Positions 33,765 through 43,656 of a stretch of 64,000 bases of DNA are shown here, one piece after another. This DNA comes from Planctomycetota bacterium (GTDB lineage: Bacteria; Planctomycetota; B15-G4), in assembly GCA_965248575.1 (NCBI GenBank), contig CBDFJQ010000002.1:960001-1024000 (forward strand), in the 5' to 3' direction. The stretch's first letter is position 1. Each line of letters opens with the position of its first letter. Position numbers and translations under genes: made by a program. The notes under the pieces are model-generated. The model was not told where the DNA came from and searched no databases. It saw only the letters and a program-made list of their open reading frames with translations.

Positions 33765-33902
33765 GGCTCGATGTTCGCGGGGCAGGGTCGAAAGGGGCTC
33801 GAGAGGGGAGTTTGGAGCCCAGCGATGCGTGGTTCCAGAGCTTGGACGGCTGAATTGCGACGGCGTCACAGGAAGAGTTCCGAAAGCTCTTCCAGGGTTG
33901 CC

Positions 33903-33931
33903 TTGACCCCGTGCAAGGCGACCAGTAAACC
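33903..33931 (+). promoter_or_regulatory. Sigma70-like promoter for sucCD, possibly leaderless
   Basis: TTGACC-N17-TAAACC ends 7 nt before the sucC ATG. No Shine-Dalgarno is visible. Confidence 0.45.
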
Positions 33932-33938
33932 GCTCCGG

Positions 33939-35108
33939 ATGAAAATCCACGAATACCAAGCCAAACAGCTCTTCCGCGAAGCCGGGATCCCGGTCCCCGC
34001 GGGCGTTGTGGCATCCGAGCCCAGCGGCATCGCCGCCGGCTTCGAGCAGCTGGGGGAACCCCTCGCTGTCGTCAAAGCGCAGATCCATGCAGGCGGCCGC
34101 GGCAAGGGGGGTGGCGTCAAGCTCGTCCGCTCGGCCGAGGAAGCCAGCGCAGCGGCAACGGCCATCCTCGCCAAGCCGCTGATCACGCCCCAGACGAGCG
34201 CTGCCGGGCAGCCGGTGAAGACCTTGCTGATCGAAGCGGGCTCTGACATCGACCACGAGTACTACCTCGGCATCACCCTCGACCGCAGCTCCGGCCGCCC
34301 CGTGCTGATGGCCAGCACCGAAGGTGGCATGGACATCGAGACGGTGGCCGCCGAGACGCCCGAGAAGATTCTGAAGGTGAGCATCAACCCGGATTGCGGC
34401 CTCCGCCCGTGGCAGGCGCGCACCATCGCCTACGGCCTCGGCCTCCCGGCTGAGTGCATCAAGGAAGCCTGCTCCATCTTCCAGAAGCTGTCCGCCATGT
34501 TCCTGGCGAAGGACGCCTCGCTGGTGGAGATCAACCCGCTGGTGACCACCAAGGACGGCGCGGTCATTGCCCTGGACGGCAAGATCAACTTCGACAGCAA
34601 CGCCCTGTACCGTCAGCCCGAAGTGGTGGCCATGCGGGACATCGACGAAGAAGACCCACGCGAAGCCGAAGCGGCTGCGGTGGGCCTGGCCTACATCGCC
34701 CTCGAAGGCAGCATCGGCTGCCTCGTGAACGGTGCGGGACTGGCCATGGGCACCATGGACACGATCCAGGCGGCAGGCGGAAGCCCAGCCAACTTCCTGG
34801 ACGTGGGTGGAGGCGCGACCGCCGAACAGGTTTCGTCCGCGTTCAAGATCATCCTCAGCGACCCGAACGTGCGCGCCATCCTGGTGAACATCTTCGGGGG
34901 CATCATGAAGTGCGACGTCATCGCCGAGGGCATCATCGCTGCTGCCAGCGAGACCAAACTCTCCATCCCACTCATCGTGCGCCTCGAGGGCACCAACGTG
35001 GAACGGGGCCGCGAGCTCCTGGAGACATCCGGCCTCGACATCATCACGGCCAGTGATCTTGCCGACGCGGCCGCCAAGGCTGTGGAAGCAACAGGAGCAC
35101 CCGCATGA
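33939..35108 (+). CDS. sucC: Succinyl-CoA synthetase beta subunit
   Basis: [57 protein letters not shown]. Confidence 0.98.
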   Translation: MKIHEYQAKQLFREAGIPVPAGVVASEPSGIAAGFEQLGEPLAVVKAQIHAGGRGKGGGVKLVRSAEEASAAATAILAKPLITPQTSAAGQPVKTLLIEAGSDIDHEYYLGITLDRSSGRPVLMASTEGGMDIETVAAETPEKILKVSINPDCGLRPWQARTIAYGLGLPAECIKEACSIFQKLSAMFLAKDASLVEINPLVTTKDGAVIALDGKINFDSNALYRQPEVVAMRDIDEEDPREAEAAAVGLAYIALEGSIGCLVNGAGLAMGTMDTIQAAGGSPANFLDVGGGATAEQVSSAFKIILSDPNVRAILVNIFGGIMKCDVIAEGIIAAASETKLSIPLIVRLEGTNVERGRELLETSGLDIITASDLADAAAKAVEATGAPA

Positions 35109-36004
35109 GCATCCTCGTCGACAAGGACACGCGCGTCGTCACCCAGGGGCTGACCGGCAAGACCGGCATGTTCCACACCAAGCAGGCCATTGAGTACGGC
35201 ACCCGCATGGTGGGGGGAGTCACCCCAGGCAAGGGTGGGAGCACCGTCCTCGGCGTTCCGATCTTCGACACGGTGCGCGAGGCCGTCGCCGAAACGGGCG
35301 CCAATGCTTCCACGATCTACGTGCCACCGCCCTTCGCGGCGGATGCGATCCTGGAGGCAGCGGGAGCCGGCGTCCCCCTCATCGTCTGCATCACCGAGGG
35401 CATCCCCGTCACCGACATGATGCGTGTGACGTCCGAGCTGCGGGGCACTGACATCCGCCTCGTGGGGCCCAACTGCCCCGGCGTGATCACGCCTGGTGAG
35501 TGCAAGATCGGCATCATGCCGGGCTACATCCACCGGCCTGGTCGCATCGGCGTCCTGAGCCGCAGCGGAACGCTCACCTACGAGGCCGTGTGGCAGCTCA
35601 GCACCCTCGGCCTTGGCCAGAGCACCTGCGTGGGCATCGGTGGCGACCCCGTGAATGGCACCAACTTCATCGACGTCCTGTCGGCCTTCCAGGCGGACCC
35701 GGGCACGGATGCGGTGGTGATGATCGGTGAGATCGGCGGCACTGCCGAAGAAGAAGCTGCCGAGTACATCCGCGACCACATGACCAAGCCCGTGGCTGGG
35801 TTCATCGCGGGCTCCACCGCCCCCCCCGGCAAGCGCATGGGCCACGCAGGCGCCATCATCTCCGGTGGGTCGGGCAGCGCTGCTGACAAGATCGCAGCCC
35901 TGACCGAGGTGGGCGTCACCATGGCAGACACACCAGCCGGCCTGGGCGCCGCCATGGCGCTCGCCCTTGAGGAAGCGGGCATCTTGTCCCGCTCACGGGA
36001 GTAA
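35105..36004 (+). CDS. sucD: Succinyl-CoA synthetase alpha subunit
   Basis: [38 protein letters not shown]. Confidence 0.98.
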   Translation: MSILVDKDTRVVTQGLTGKTGMFHTKQAIEYGTRMVGGVTPGKGGSTVLGVPIFDTVREAVAETGANASTIYVPPPFAADAILEAAGAGVPLIVCITEGIPVTDMMRVTSELRGTDIRLVGPNCPGVITPGECKIGIMPGYIHRPGRIGVLSRSGTLTYEAVWQLSTLGLGQSTCVGIGGDPVNGTNFIDVLSAFQADPGTDAVVMIGEIGGTAEEEAAEYIRDHMTKPVAGFIAGSTAPPGKRMGHAGAIISGGSGSAADKIAALTEVGVTMADTPAGLGAAMALALEEAGILSRSRE

Positions 36005-36139
36005 GCCCCCTCAGCAGCTCGTGAGCCCCCGTGGGCGCATCACCCGGCACGCACGGCGAGCGGTTTGCCTGGCGTCTGCGGGTGCTTCCGCGCGGGGGAG
36101 AGCCTATACTGGCGGGATCGAACGAGCGGAGAATGAGAC

Positions 36140-36376
36140 GTGATCGATGGCAGTCCCAGTGCGCTGGCCGTGGGCATCCCGGGCGGCATCGAATGGGTCA
36201 TCATCCTGCTGGTGGTGCTGATCTTCTTCGGCAACCGGATCCCGGGCATGGCCCGCTCCCTCGGCTCGGGGATCAACGAGTTCAAGTCGGGTCTCAAGGA
36301 AGGCCAGAAGGACGCAGCCGCCGAGTCGGATGACGGCGCAGCTTCCGAGAAGAGTGCCGACAAAGAGGGTTCGTGA
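36140..36376 (+). CDS. tatA: Twin-arginine translocase TatA/TatE subunit
   Basis: EWVIILLVVLIFFG.RIP.MARSLG.GINEFKSG. GGAG lies 8 nt before the GTG start. TATACT -10-like box at 36105-36110. Confidence 0.92.
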   Translation: MIDGSPSALAVGIPGGIEWVIILLVVLIFFGNRIPGMARSLGSGINEFKSGLKEGQKDAAAESDDGAASEKSADKEGS

Positions 36377-37026
36377 ACCTCCATACCGTGCCGCAACTCT
36401 CGGTGCTCGTCTTGGCGGGTGGCGATGCCAGTCGCCTGGGCGGCCAGAAGGCTGAACGCCCCTTTGCAGGGGGGCGGTTGGTGGACACGGTGCTGGCTGT
36501 CGCCCAGAGCGTTTCAACGGACGTGCTGCTCCTCAGCAGAGACCGGACGTTGCCCGCCGAGCGCACCCGCAGGATTCCGGATGAGCCCGGACTGAGAGGC
36601 CCCTTGGCTGGCTTGGCTGCTGGCCTGAGGGCGGCACGCCACGAGTGGTCGCTGCTCCTACCGTGCGATCAACCCTTCGCACAGGAATCGGTCATCGAGC
36701 GCCTCCGGCAAGCAGCGGCCAACGAGCCGTGGGCCCGTTGCATCGCTTTTCAGACACGTGCCCTTCAGACGGGTCCCATGGTGCAGCCCTTCCACGCCCT
36801 CTACCACCGGGAGCTACTCGACCAGGTCCTGGAGACGGGGGTCTCACAACGGCCCTCGCTGCGCTCCCTCCTGGAACAGGTTGATGGGTCGGGCAGGCTC
36901 TGCCAGGTCCGCACCGACACCCTCGGCGACCACGCCGACGAACGCTTCCTGCACGATGTGAACACACCCGCCGAGTACGAGAAGTTGCATCGTGTTGCCG
37001 GGCCCCAAGACATCTCCATTCCATGA
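36373..37026 (+). CDS. mobA: Molybdenum cofactor guanylyltransferase
   Basis: VLAGG.ASRLGGQKA, GPLAGL.AGL, LPCDQPF, QPFHALY, DVNTP.EY. Start overlaps the tatA stop. Confidence 0.85.
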   Translation: MNLHTVPQLSVLVLAGGDASRLGGQKAERPFAGGRLVDTVLAVAQSVSTDVLLLSRDRTLPAERTRRIPDEPGLRGPLAGLAAGLRAARHEWSLLLPCDQPFAQESVIERLRQAAANEPWARCIAFQTRALQTGPMVQPFHALYHRELLDQVLETGVSQRPSLRSLLEQVDGSGRLCQVRTDTLGDHADERFLHDVNTPAEYEKLHRVAGPQDISIP

Positions 37027-37121
37027 TCTTCACGGACTGACGACTTCGGGCCCACACGACGCGCCTCCCGCGTCGTGCCTCGTGGCCCATCACCTGCGAG
37101 ACAGAGACGAGAATCGCCTCG

Positions 37122-38105
37122 ATGAGCCTACTCAACAAAGACATCATGGAGCCCGTCCGGGCCGGCTTGGCCGAAACGGACCGCATCCTGCGCGAAGAAC
37201 TGCTCATCGATGAGAGCGAAGCGGTCTCCCCGTTGATGGACCACATCGGTCAGTTCTCGGGCAAACGCCTGAGGCCGGCCATCGTGCACCTCTGCGGTGG
37301 GCTCGTGGGTAGCAAGGACCATGACCTCGCCATCGTCGGGGCCATGCTCGAGGCCCTGCACATGGCCACCTTGCTGCACGACGATGTGCTCGACGGCGCC
37401 GACAAGCGGCGACAGGTCCCCACGCTGAACGCCGAACACGGCAACGGCGTGCCGATCCTGCTGGGCGACCTGATCTACGCCCGGACCTTCGACATCTCCT
37501 TGCGCCTGCCGTCGCTGGATGCGGCCTTCGAGATCTCGCACATGACGCAGGCCATGTGCCGCGGCGAGATCGAGCAGGGCTTCTTCCAGTTCGATGGGAC
37601 CCAGCCCGATGAGAGCCGCTACTTCCGGATCATCCAGGGCAAGACCGGCGCCATGTTCAAGGCGGCCTGCGAGCTGGGCGTCAAGTATGGCGGCGGCACC
37701 CAGACCCAGGCGCGCACCATGAAGCAGTTCGGTCTCGATGTGGGCACGGCATTTCAGATCATCGACGACTGCCTGGACGTGGTGGGGGACGAGACCGTGG
37801 CCGGCAAGTCGCTCGGCACCGACCTCGAGACGGGCAAGGTCACCCTTCCGATCATCCGCCTCGCCCAGAGCCTGGACGATGCGCGCCTGCTCGAACTGCA
37901 CCAGCTCCTGTGCGTGGACACGGAAAGCAATCGCCGCGAGCGGCTACGCAGCGAGTTCGACCTCGACAAGGCCGTGGTCCAGTGCCACGAGGAAGCCGAT
38001 GAGTACCTGCACAAGTGCCTGAAGCACCTCGCTACCTTCCCCGAAGGCGTCGAGCGCGAGAGCCTGAACGACATGTGCAGCTTCATCTTGGAGCGGTCCT
38101 ACTGA
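37122..38105 (+). CDS. Long-chain trans-polyprenyl diphosphate synthase
   Basis: GKRLRP, ATLLHDDVLD..DKRR (first Asp-rich motif, small residues upstream), FQIIDDCLD, GKVTLP. Confidence 0.92.
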   Translation: MSLLNKDIMEPVRAGLAETDRILREELLIDESEAVSPLMDHIGQFSGKRLRPAIVHLCGGLVGSKDHDLAIVGAMLEALHMATLLHDDVLDGADKRRQVPTLNAEHGNGVPILLGDLIYARTFDISLRLPSLDAAFEISHMTQAMCRGEIEQGFFQFDGTQPDESRYFRIIQGKTGAMFKAACELGVKYGGGTQTQARTMKQFGLDVGTAFQIIDDCLDVVGDETVAGKSLGTDLETGKVTLPIIRLAQSLDDARLLELHQLLCVDTESNRRERLRSEFDLDKAVVQCHEEADEYLHKCLKHLATFPEGVERESLNDMCSFILERSY

Positions 38106-38108
38106 GCG

Positions 38109-38137
38109 GCGTGTCTTCGTTCGACACGCGTTCTCTC
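38109..38137 (+). terminator. Possible intrinsic terminator
   Basis: GCGTGTC-TTCGTTC-GACACGC stem-loop right after the stop, followed by a weak pyrimidine tail (GTTCTCTC). Confidence 0.4.
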
Positions 38138-38183
38138 GACACGACCACTCTGCCCACGACCCCAAGCTTCTTCCGAGGACAAC

Positions 38184-39065
38184 GTGGCCTTTCGCCCCAA
38201 CTGGTATGACCAACAGAACCGGCGCTCCAACCTGGGCCGCGCCATCGAGGATTGGTCCGCAATCCGACTGATCGCCACGCTCTGTGGCGTCGTCTTTCTG
38301 CTCCAGCTCGTCACCGCTTCCTGGGGGAGCGGCCATGTCATCGAGCAGATCTTCGGACTCCGCACCTGGACCATCAGCGACGGAGGCATCGAAGGCGGCA
38401 TCCTCCAGCCGCCCACTCTGGACTTCAACTTCCTGTTCCCGATCCAGCTCTTCAGCTACATGCTGTTGCACAGCGCCGGGGACATGTCGCACATCTTCTG
38501 GAACCTCGTGTTGCTCTGGATCTTCGGGCGAGAGCTCGAGGCCTCCATGGGCAAGCAGGCCTTCCTGCGGCTGTTCATCGTCGGCGGCGTCTTCGGTGGG
38601 CTCTGCCAATGGGGCTACAACCTCTACACCGGTGACCCGACGCTCACCATCGGCGCCTCCGGCGCGGTCTACACGGTGATGGTGCTCTACGCGTGTCGCT
38701 GGCCCCGGCGCACGATTTATCTCATCTTCCCGCCCATCCCCGTTCCGGCCGCGCTGCTCATCGGCCTGAAGGTCCTAGGCGATATCGGGGGCTTCTTCGG
38801 GGGTGCCGCCCAGGTGGCCTACCTGGTCCACCTGGGAGGCGCCGCTGTGGGCTATCTCTGGTTCCGCAAGGGCGACGTCGTTGGCCAGGTGCAGATGAAG
38901 CGCAGCCGCGATCGAGCCGAGAAGCAGGCCACGGAGAAGTCCACGGACCGGCGGGAAATGGATCGAATTCTAGGCAAGATCCAGGCGACCGGTCTCTCGT
39001 CTCTCGACAAGAAGGAGCGCAGCTTCCTGGACCAGCGCAGCCGCGAGCTGCGGGAAGAACGCTAG
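38184..39065 (+). CDS. Rhomboid intramembrane serine protease with C-terminal helical tail
   Basis: LLH...HIFWNL..LWIFGRELE, IGASGAV (catalytic Ser), VHLGG (His), tail EMDRILGKI...GLSSL.KKER.FL. Confidence 0.93.
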   Translation: MAFRPNWYDQQNRRSNLGRAIEDWSAIRLIATLCGVVFLLQLVTASWGSGHVIEQIFGLRTWTISDGGIEGGILQPPTLDFNFLFPIQLFSYMLLHSAGDMSHIFWNLVLLWIFGRELEASMGKQAFLRLFIVGGVFGGLCQWGYNLYTGDPTLTIGASGAVYTVMVLYACRWPRRTIYLIFPPIPVPAALLIGLKVLGDIGGFFGGAAQVAYLVHLGGAAVGYLWFRKGDVVGQVQMKRSRDRAEKQATEKSTDRREMDRILGKIQATGLSSLDKKERSFLDQRSRELREER

Positions 39066-39143
39066 CCTCCCTTGATTCGGAGTTGCCCCTTCCCGCCAAG
39101 CGCGAGAAGATCGGTTCTTCCAACTGCCCCGCGGAGCGTCGCC

Positions 39144-41297
39144 ATGGCGACCCATCAGCCCATGAGTTCCCGCATCTACGCGCTGTGCCTGTGCCTGCTC
39201 ACGGCGGGCGCGCTGACCCCGGCAGGAGCAAGCTTCAGCCCGGGGCCGGTACCGGTTCAAGAGGAACAGCCCTACGACTTCAACATGCCGGACAACCTCA
39301 AGAGCTTCTGGGAGAGCTACACCGACGCCAAGGACGACGGCGACGCAGAAGACATGGACAAGGTCGTGCGTGGCAAACGCAGCCTGGCGGAGGAGTGCCT
39401 CGACCTCCTGCTGGACGACCTCTGCCAGAAGGAGATCCAGTCTCTCCATCACGAAGTCCGCACCCTGGCGTGGACCCTCGACGACGTCACGCGCAGTGAG
39501 CGCTACATCACCCGGGTGCGCCTCGTGCTCGACATGGAGATGCGGGATCGGGTGCGCCGCTACCGCGCCCGCCGGGATTGGTGGGATGCCATCGATCTGG
39601 AAGATCTCGCCAAGTCGAGCCGCACCTTCGAAGCCTGGGAGGCCGCCTTGCAGGGTTACCTCGCCGTCTACGAAGAGACCCTCGAGTTGGGCGACCTGGA
39701 GATGGCGCTCAACTGCCTCTCCCGCTGCGAACAAGTGGAGCGCCAGCGCGAACGACCGTGGGAGCGCTCACGCTACTTGGCAGAGGTTGTGAAGTTGGGT
39801 GACCAGTTGCCGTTCCGGGATGCCGTGGCCGCTGAAGCCAAGCAGGCACTGGACGCGCTGATCGGCATGGGTATCGACCCCGAGAAAGACAAGCCCGAGG
39901 ACCTAGCCAAGAAGGACTCCGAGGCACCCACCGGTGGCGGACGCGGGCTCGACTCCTTCGCGGAGGGCGCGCAGCCTGAGAACTTCAAACTGGAGCGCAA
40001 GTCCAACAAGAAGGGCATCGTCGGGGTCAAGCTGCCCACGGTCTGGCCCGCCGATCAGTACCAGCTGTGGCCCAAGACCTGGGTCAGCGGCAATGGCCCC
40101 GAAAAGTTCGACATGCAGCGTTCGACATTCCTCGCACCCTGGGGCCAGCAGTGGTACCTGGGGCGAAGCGGGATCTTCCAGTTCGAGCTCGACACGAACG
40201 GCGACGGCAAGCCCGACTTCGAGTTCGCACCCAGCACCTCGCCCTCCCTGGTCGAAGTGCCCGGACCCGAGGGCGAAGATCCCTACCCCATGATGGTCTG
40301 CGTGCTCAGCGACCAGGAGCAGATGTTCGGCGCCAAGATGAACTACGCGCCCAACGGCGACGGTTCTCGCCTGCGCTTCTGGCTGGCCTCTTGGATGCAG
40401 GGCAAGGTGCTCGGAGACACGTGGAAGGTCTACGACCTGAACATGGACGGTAAGTTCGGCCCCATCATCGAGAACTGGGGCGAGGTCATCACATCCTACG
40501 AGCCCGACGATGGGGCGGCGTTCTGGGAGCCTGACGGTGTCCTCATCGGCCGCGCGAAGAAGGCCGTGCCGCTGTCCAGCGTGATGCCCATCGGCAAGGA
40601 CTATTACCGCTGCTCACCCAACGACGCAGGCACCGAGTTCCGCCTGCAGAAGATGCACCTCTCCACCGGCACCGTGAAGCTGAACCTCGACATGGGGGTG
40701 CGGCCGGAGTTCATCCTCGCCAAGGAAGTGGGCGGCAAGCTGGACGGCGCCATCTTCGACATCCTGCCCAGCAAGAAGGGCGGGGAGGTCGTCCTGCCCG
40801 CCGGGGAGTATCGCCTGGCGCTGGGAAGCCTGCGGACGGGCAAGAAGACCAGCACCGACCTGGTGCGCATGTACACCGGCACGTCGGAGACCTTCAAGGT
40901 CCACGCCGGCGTCTTGACCGAAGTCGATCTCGGTGCGCCCTACAAGATCACATTCAAGACGCGCACTGAAGGCAAGGAGAAGGAGATCGACACGCGCACC
41001 CTGCGCGTCTTCGGGCGTGGCGGCGAAGAGTACGCCATGTTCTTCGACGACCCACTGCAACCCGACGTGTCCGTGCAGGACTCCGATGGCAGGAGCGTCG
41101 TCAAGGAGGAGACCATGCGCCGTGCCGGTTTGGAGCACTGGCAGAACAACAACCAGGACGGTGGCGTCGACAACGTACTCTGGTTCCCCGTGAAGTACTC
41201 CATTGAGATGCCCAAGGGCGCCTCCTACCAGTTCAAGCTCTCCCAGAAGAAGCACGCGTTGCTGGGTGGCCCCCTTGAGAGCGATTGGATCCAGTAG
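39144..41297 (+). CDS. Large exported hypothetical protein
   Basis: Signal peptide RIYALCLCLLTAGALTPAGA. Helical N-half, beta-rich C-half with DTNGDGKPD and DLNMDG motifs. GGAG precedes ATG 39144. Confidence 0.8.
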   Translation: MATHQPMSSRIYALCLCLLTAGALTPAGASFSPGPVPVQEEQPYDFNMPDNLKSFWESYTDAKDDGDAEDMDKVVRGKRSLAEECLDLLLDDLCQKEIQSLHHEVRTLAWTLDDVTRSERYITRVRLVLDMEMRDRVRRYRARRDWWDAIDLEDLAKSSRTFEAWEAALQGYLAVYEETLELGDLEMALNCLSRCEQVERQRERPWERSRYLAEVVKLGDQLPFRDAVAAEAKQALDALIGMGIDPEKDKPEDLAKKDSEAPTGGGRGLDSFAEGAQPENFKLERKSNKKGIVGVKLPTVWPADQYQLWPKTWVSGNGPEKFDMQRSTFLAPWGQQWYLGRSGIFQFELDTNGDGKPDFEFAPSTSPSLVEVPGPEGEDPYPMMVCVLSDQEQMFGAKMNYAPNGDGSRLRFWLASWMQGKVLGDTWKVYDLNMDGKFGPIIENWGEVITSYEPDDGAAFWEPDGVLIGRAKKAVPLSSVMPIGKDYYRCSPNDAGTEFRLQKMHLSTGTVKLNLDMGVRPEFILAKEVGGKLDGAIFDILPSKKGGEVVLPAGEYRLALGSLRTGKKTSTDLVRMYTGTSETFKVHAGVLTEVDLGAPYKITFKTRTEGKEKEIDTRTLRVFGRGGEEYAMFFDDPLQPDVSVQDSDGRSVVKEETMRRAGLEHWQNNNQDGGVDNVLWFPVKYSIEMPKGASYQFKLSQKKHALLGGPLESDWIQ

Positions 41298-41301
41298 CAC
41301 C

Positions 41302-42576
41302 ATGCTCGACATCAATGTCATTCGAGAGAACCTCGAGGCGCTCCGAGCGGGCGCAGCCAAGAAGCACGTCGAGGTGGATCTCGATCGCCTGGTGGAGCTG
41401 GACGACGAGCGTCGCCGCCTGATCCGCCTGGCCGAGGATGGCGTCGCAGAACAGCGTCGCCGCAGCAAGGCGCTGGGCAAGCTCTCCCCGGAGGAGCGGC
41501 AGACCGAGGTCGCCGCGCTGGGCCAGCTCAAGGAGACGATCAAGCGCGAGGAGGAATCTCTCGCTATCGTCCAGGCCGACTTCGACAGCCTGATGCTGCG
41601 CGTGCCCAACTTCCCGGCAGCGGACGTCCCGGAGGGCAAGGACGACAAGGACAACGTCGAGATCTACAAGGTGGGGGAGATCCCCGCGACCGAGTTTGAG
41701 CGCAAGGACCACGTCGAACTCGGCACCAGCCTCGGAATCCTCGACATCGAACGAGGCGTGCGCCTGTCCGGTGCGCGCTTCTACGTGCTCAAGGGTGCGG
41801 GAGCGCTGCTGCATCGGGCCGTGCTGGAGTTCGCCTATCAGCACATGATCCGCAAGGGCTTCGAGCCGCTGGAAGTGCCGCTGCTCGTGCGCGACCCGGC
41901 CATGGTGGGCACCGCCTACTACCCGGGTGGCGAGGACCAGGCGTACCGCTTCGACAAGGACCAGCTGACGCTCGTGGGAACGGCCGAGGTCCCGCTCACC
42001 GCCTATCGCTCGGGCGAGTTCCTACAGCTGGACGAGCTTCCACTGCGCATGGTGGCTCGCTCACCGTGTTTCCGTCGGGAGGCTGGCGCCGCCGGCAAGG
42101 ACACTCGCGGCCTCTACCGCATCCACCAGTTCGAGAAGGTGGAGCAGGTGGTCATCATGAAGAATGACGAAGAGGCCTCGATCGTCGAGCACAAGGCCAT
42201 CCTGCAGAACTCGGAGGAGGTCATGCAGGCCCTGGGGCTCCCGTACCGCGTCGTCAATGTGTGCGGCGGGGACCTCGGTGTGCCCCACGTCCAGAAGTTC
42301 GACATCGAGACCTGGATGCCGTCCCGGGGCGACTACGGCGAAACACATTCGGCGTCGCGCTTCCACGACTTCCAGTCCCGGCGGCTCAACATCCGCTACA
42401 AGGACGAGAACAAGAAGAAGCACTTCTGCCATACCCTCAACAACACGGTCATCGCCAGCCCCCGCGCGCTGATTCCGATTCTCGAGCTCTACCAGCAGAA
42501 GGACGGAAGCGTGGTGATCCCCGAAGTGCTGCGCCCGTTCATGATGGGCATCGAGGTCATCGAGCCAAAGGCCTAG
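41302..42576 (+). CDS. serS: Seryl-tRNA synthetase
   Basis: MLDINVIREN, GTAEVPL, CFRREAG..GKDTRGLYRIHQFEKVE, ETHSAS...DFQSRRL, HTLN. Confidence 0.98.
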   Translation: MLDINVIRENLEALRAGAAKKHVEVDLDRLVELDDERRRLIRLAEDGVAEQRRRSKALGKLSPEERQTEVAALGQLKETIKREEESLAIVQADFDSLMLRVPNFPAADVPEGKDDKDNVEIYKVGEIPATEFERKDHVELGTSLGILDIERGVRLSGARFYVLKGAGALLHRAVLEFAYQHMIRKGFEPLEVPLLVRDPAMVGTAYYPGGEDQAYRFDKDQLTLVGTAEVPLTAYRSGEFLQLDELPLRMVARSPCFRREAGAAGKDTRGLYRIHQFEKVEQVVIMKNDEEASIVEHKAILQNSEEVMQALGLPYRVVNVCGGDLGVPHVQKFDIETWMPSRGDYGETHSASRFHDFQSRRLNIRYKDENKKKHFCHTLNNTVIASPRALIPILELYQQKDGSVVIPEVLRPFMMGIEVIEPKA

Positions 42577-42654
42577 GGCGCTGCGGGTCGTCGTAGCCTT
42601 GGGACGCCTGAGCTGGCGGGGTGCGCGAGAGGTACGCCGAGCTGGCCCGGGGGC

Positions 42655-43656
42655 CTAGCCACCGCCAAAGATGTCGTCAAAGATGTCGTTGAGGTCGCCC
42701 CCTCCGCCATTTCCGCCGCCGCCGCCACCACCGCCACCACCACCGAAGTCGCCAAGATCGCCAAGGCCGCCACCGCCTTCGGTGACATCGACATCGAGCC
42801 CGCCCCCTCCATTGGGCCCATTCGGTCCACCTTCACCACCTTCGCCGTCGCCACCTTCGGCGGCATTGGGGCCGCCAGCCTGACCTGCAGCTGCGACGAA
42901 AGTGGGAGGCAGGGGGTGGACGCGCATGGTCAGGCCCGCGTCCTTGGTGAGGGGGATCAGGCGTTCGAACCACTGGGTGCCGAACTCCCGTTGGGCTCGT
43001 TCGTCAGCCAGTCGTGGGCCCACTTCGATACCCAGGATCACGCGCACCATGACAGGCAGGCTGTGGCTGACCGAGGCATCCCATTCCTCGACCGGATCGG
43101 TTTCCAGCTCCTGGTCTTCGTAGTAGCGGAACTGAAGCGAGACCACGCGATCATAGACCCGCTCGTAGGCGCCTTCCTTGAGCGGCTCTTCGTCGACGTG
43201 GAAGGTTTGCCGGCGCCAGAGTTCGAGCACGTCCGGCAAGACCGGGTTCAAGCGTAGGCGATAGCCCGTCTCGCACACATCGGCCGTGGCGTCTCGGTCT
43301 CCGATGCGTTGGACCAGCGTGCTGTCGACGCTGGAAAGGAAGACCAGGTTGTCCGCACTCTCGCCCAGGAGCGTGCGCCGCTCGCCCTTGAAGACCTCGT
43401 CGTCCTCGATGTTGAAGGCCCAGACGCGGCGCAGGTCCGCCTCGATCAGGTCAAGGATCTGGGGGCCCAAGCGCGCCGCACGCACCTCGTGTTCCAACAT
43501 GTCCCGGGTGCTCAGGGTCACGTTCAGGGTGAGATAGAGCTCAACCATGATGAAGGCCATGATGGTGAGCGCCACCATGACTTCGATCAACGTGAAGCCT
43601 CGGTGAGGCCGACCAGCCGGTCGCGGGCTCATGGCAGCTTGCAGGGGCGTCGTCAT
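42655..43656 (-). CDS. gspJ: Type II secretion minor pseudopilin, GspJ-like, with Gly-rich tail
   Basis: HRG|FTLIEVMVAL, ..ADLR.., LQFRYY...EEWD...LPVMVRV.L. Third minor pseudopilin after gspG. Confidence 0.75.
   Translation of the reverse strand: MTTPLQAAMSPRPAGRPHRGFTLIEVMVALTIMAFIMVELYLTLNVTLSTRDMLEHEVRAARLGPQILDLIEADLRRVWAFNIEDDEVFKGERRTLLGESADNLVFLSSVDSTLVQRIGDRDATADVCETGYRLRLNPVLPDVLELWRRQTFHVDEEPLKEGAYERVYDRVVSLQFRYYEDQELETDPVEEWDASVSHSLPVMVRVILGIEVGPRLADERAQREFGTQWFERLIPLTKDAGLTMRVHPLPPTFVAAAGQAGGPNAAEGGDGEGGEGGPNGPNGGGGLDVDVTEGGGGLGDLGDFGGGGGGGGGGGNGGGGDLNDIFDDIFGGG

Noticed and set aside
32802..33938. Apparent long N-terminal extensions of SucC (32802), Dcd (34256), Sua5 fusion (54314) and XerD (10084)
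   Set aside because: They overlap real genes on the opposite strand. Homology begins at the downstream starts used in the feature list.
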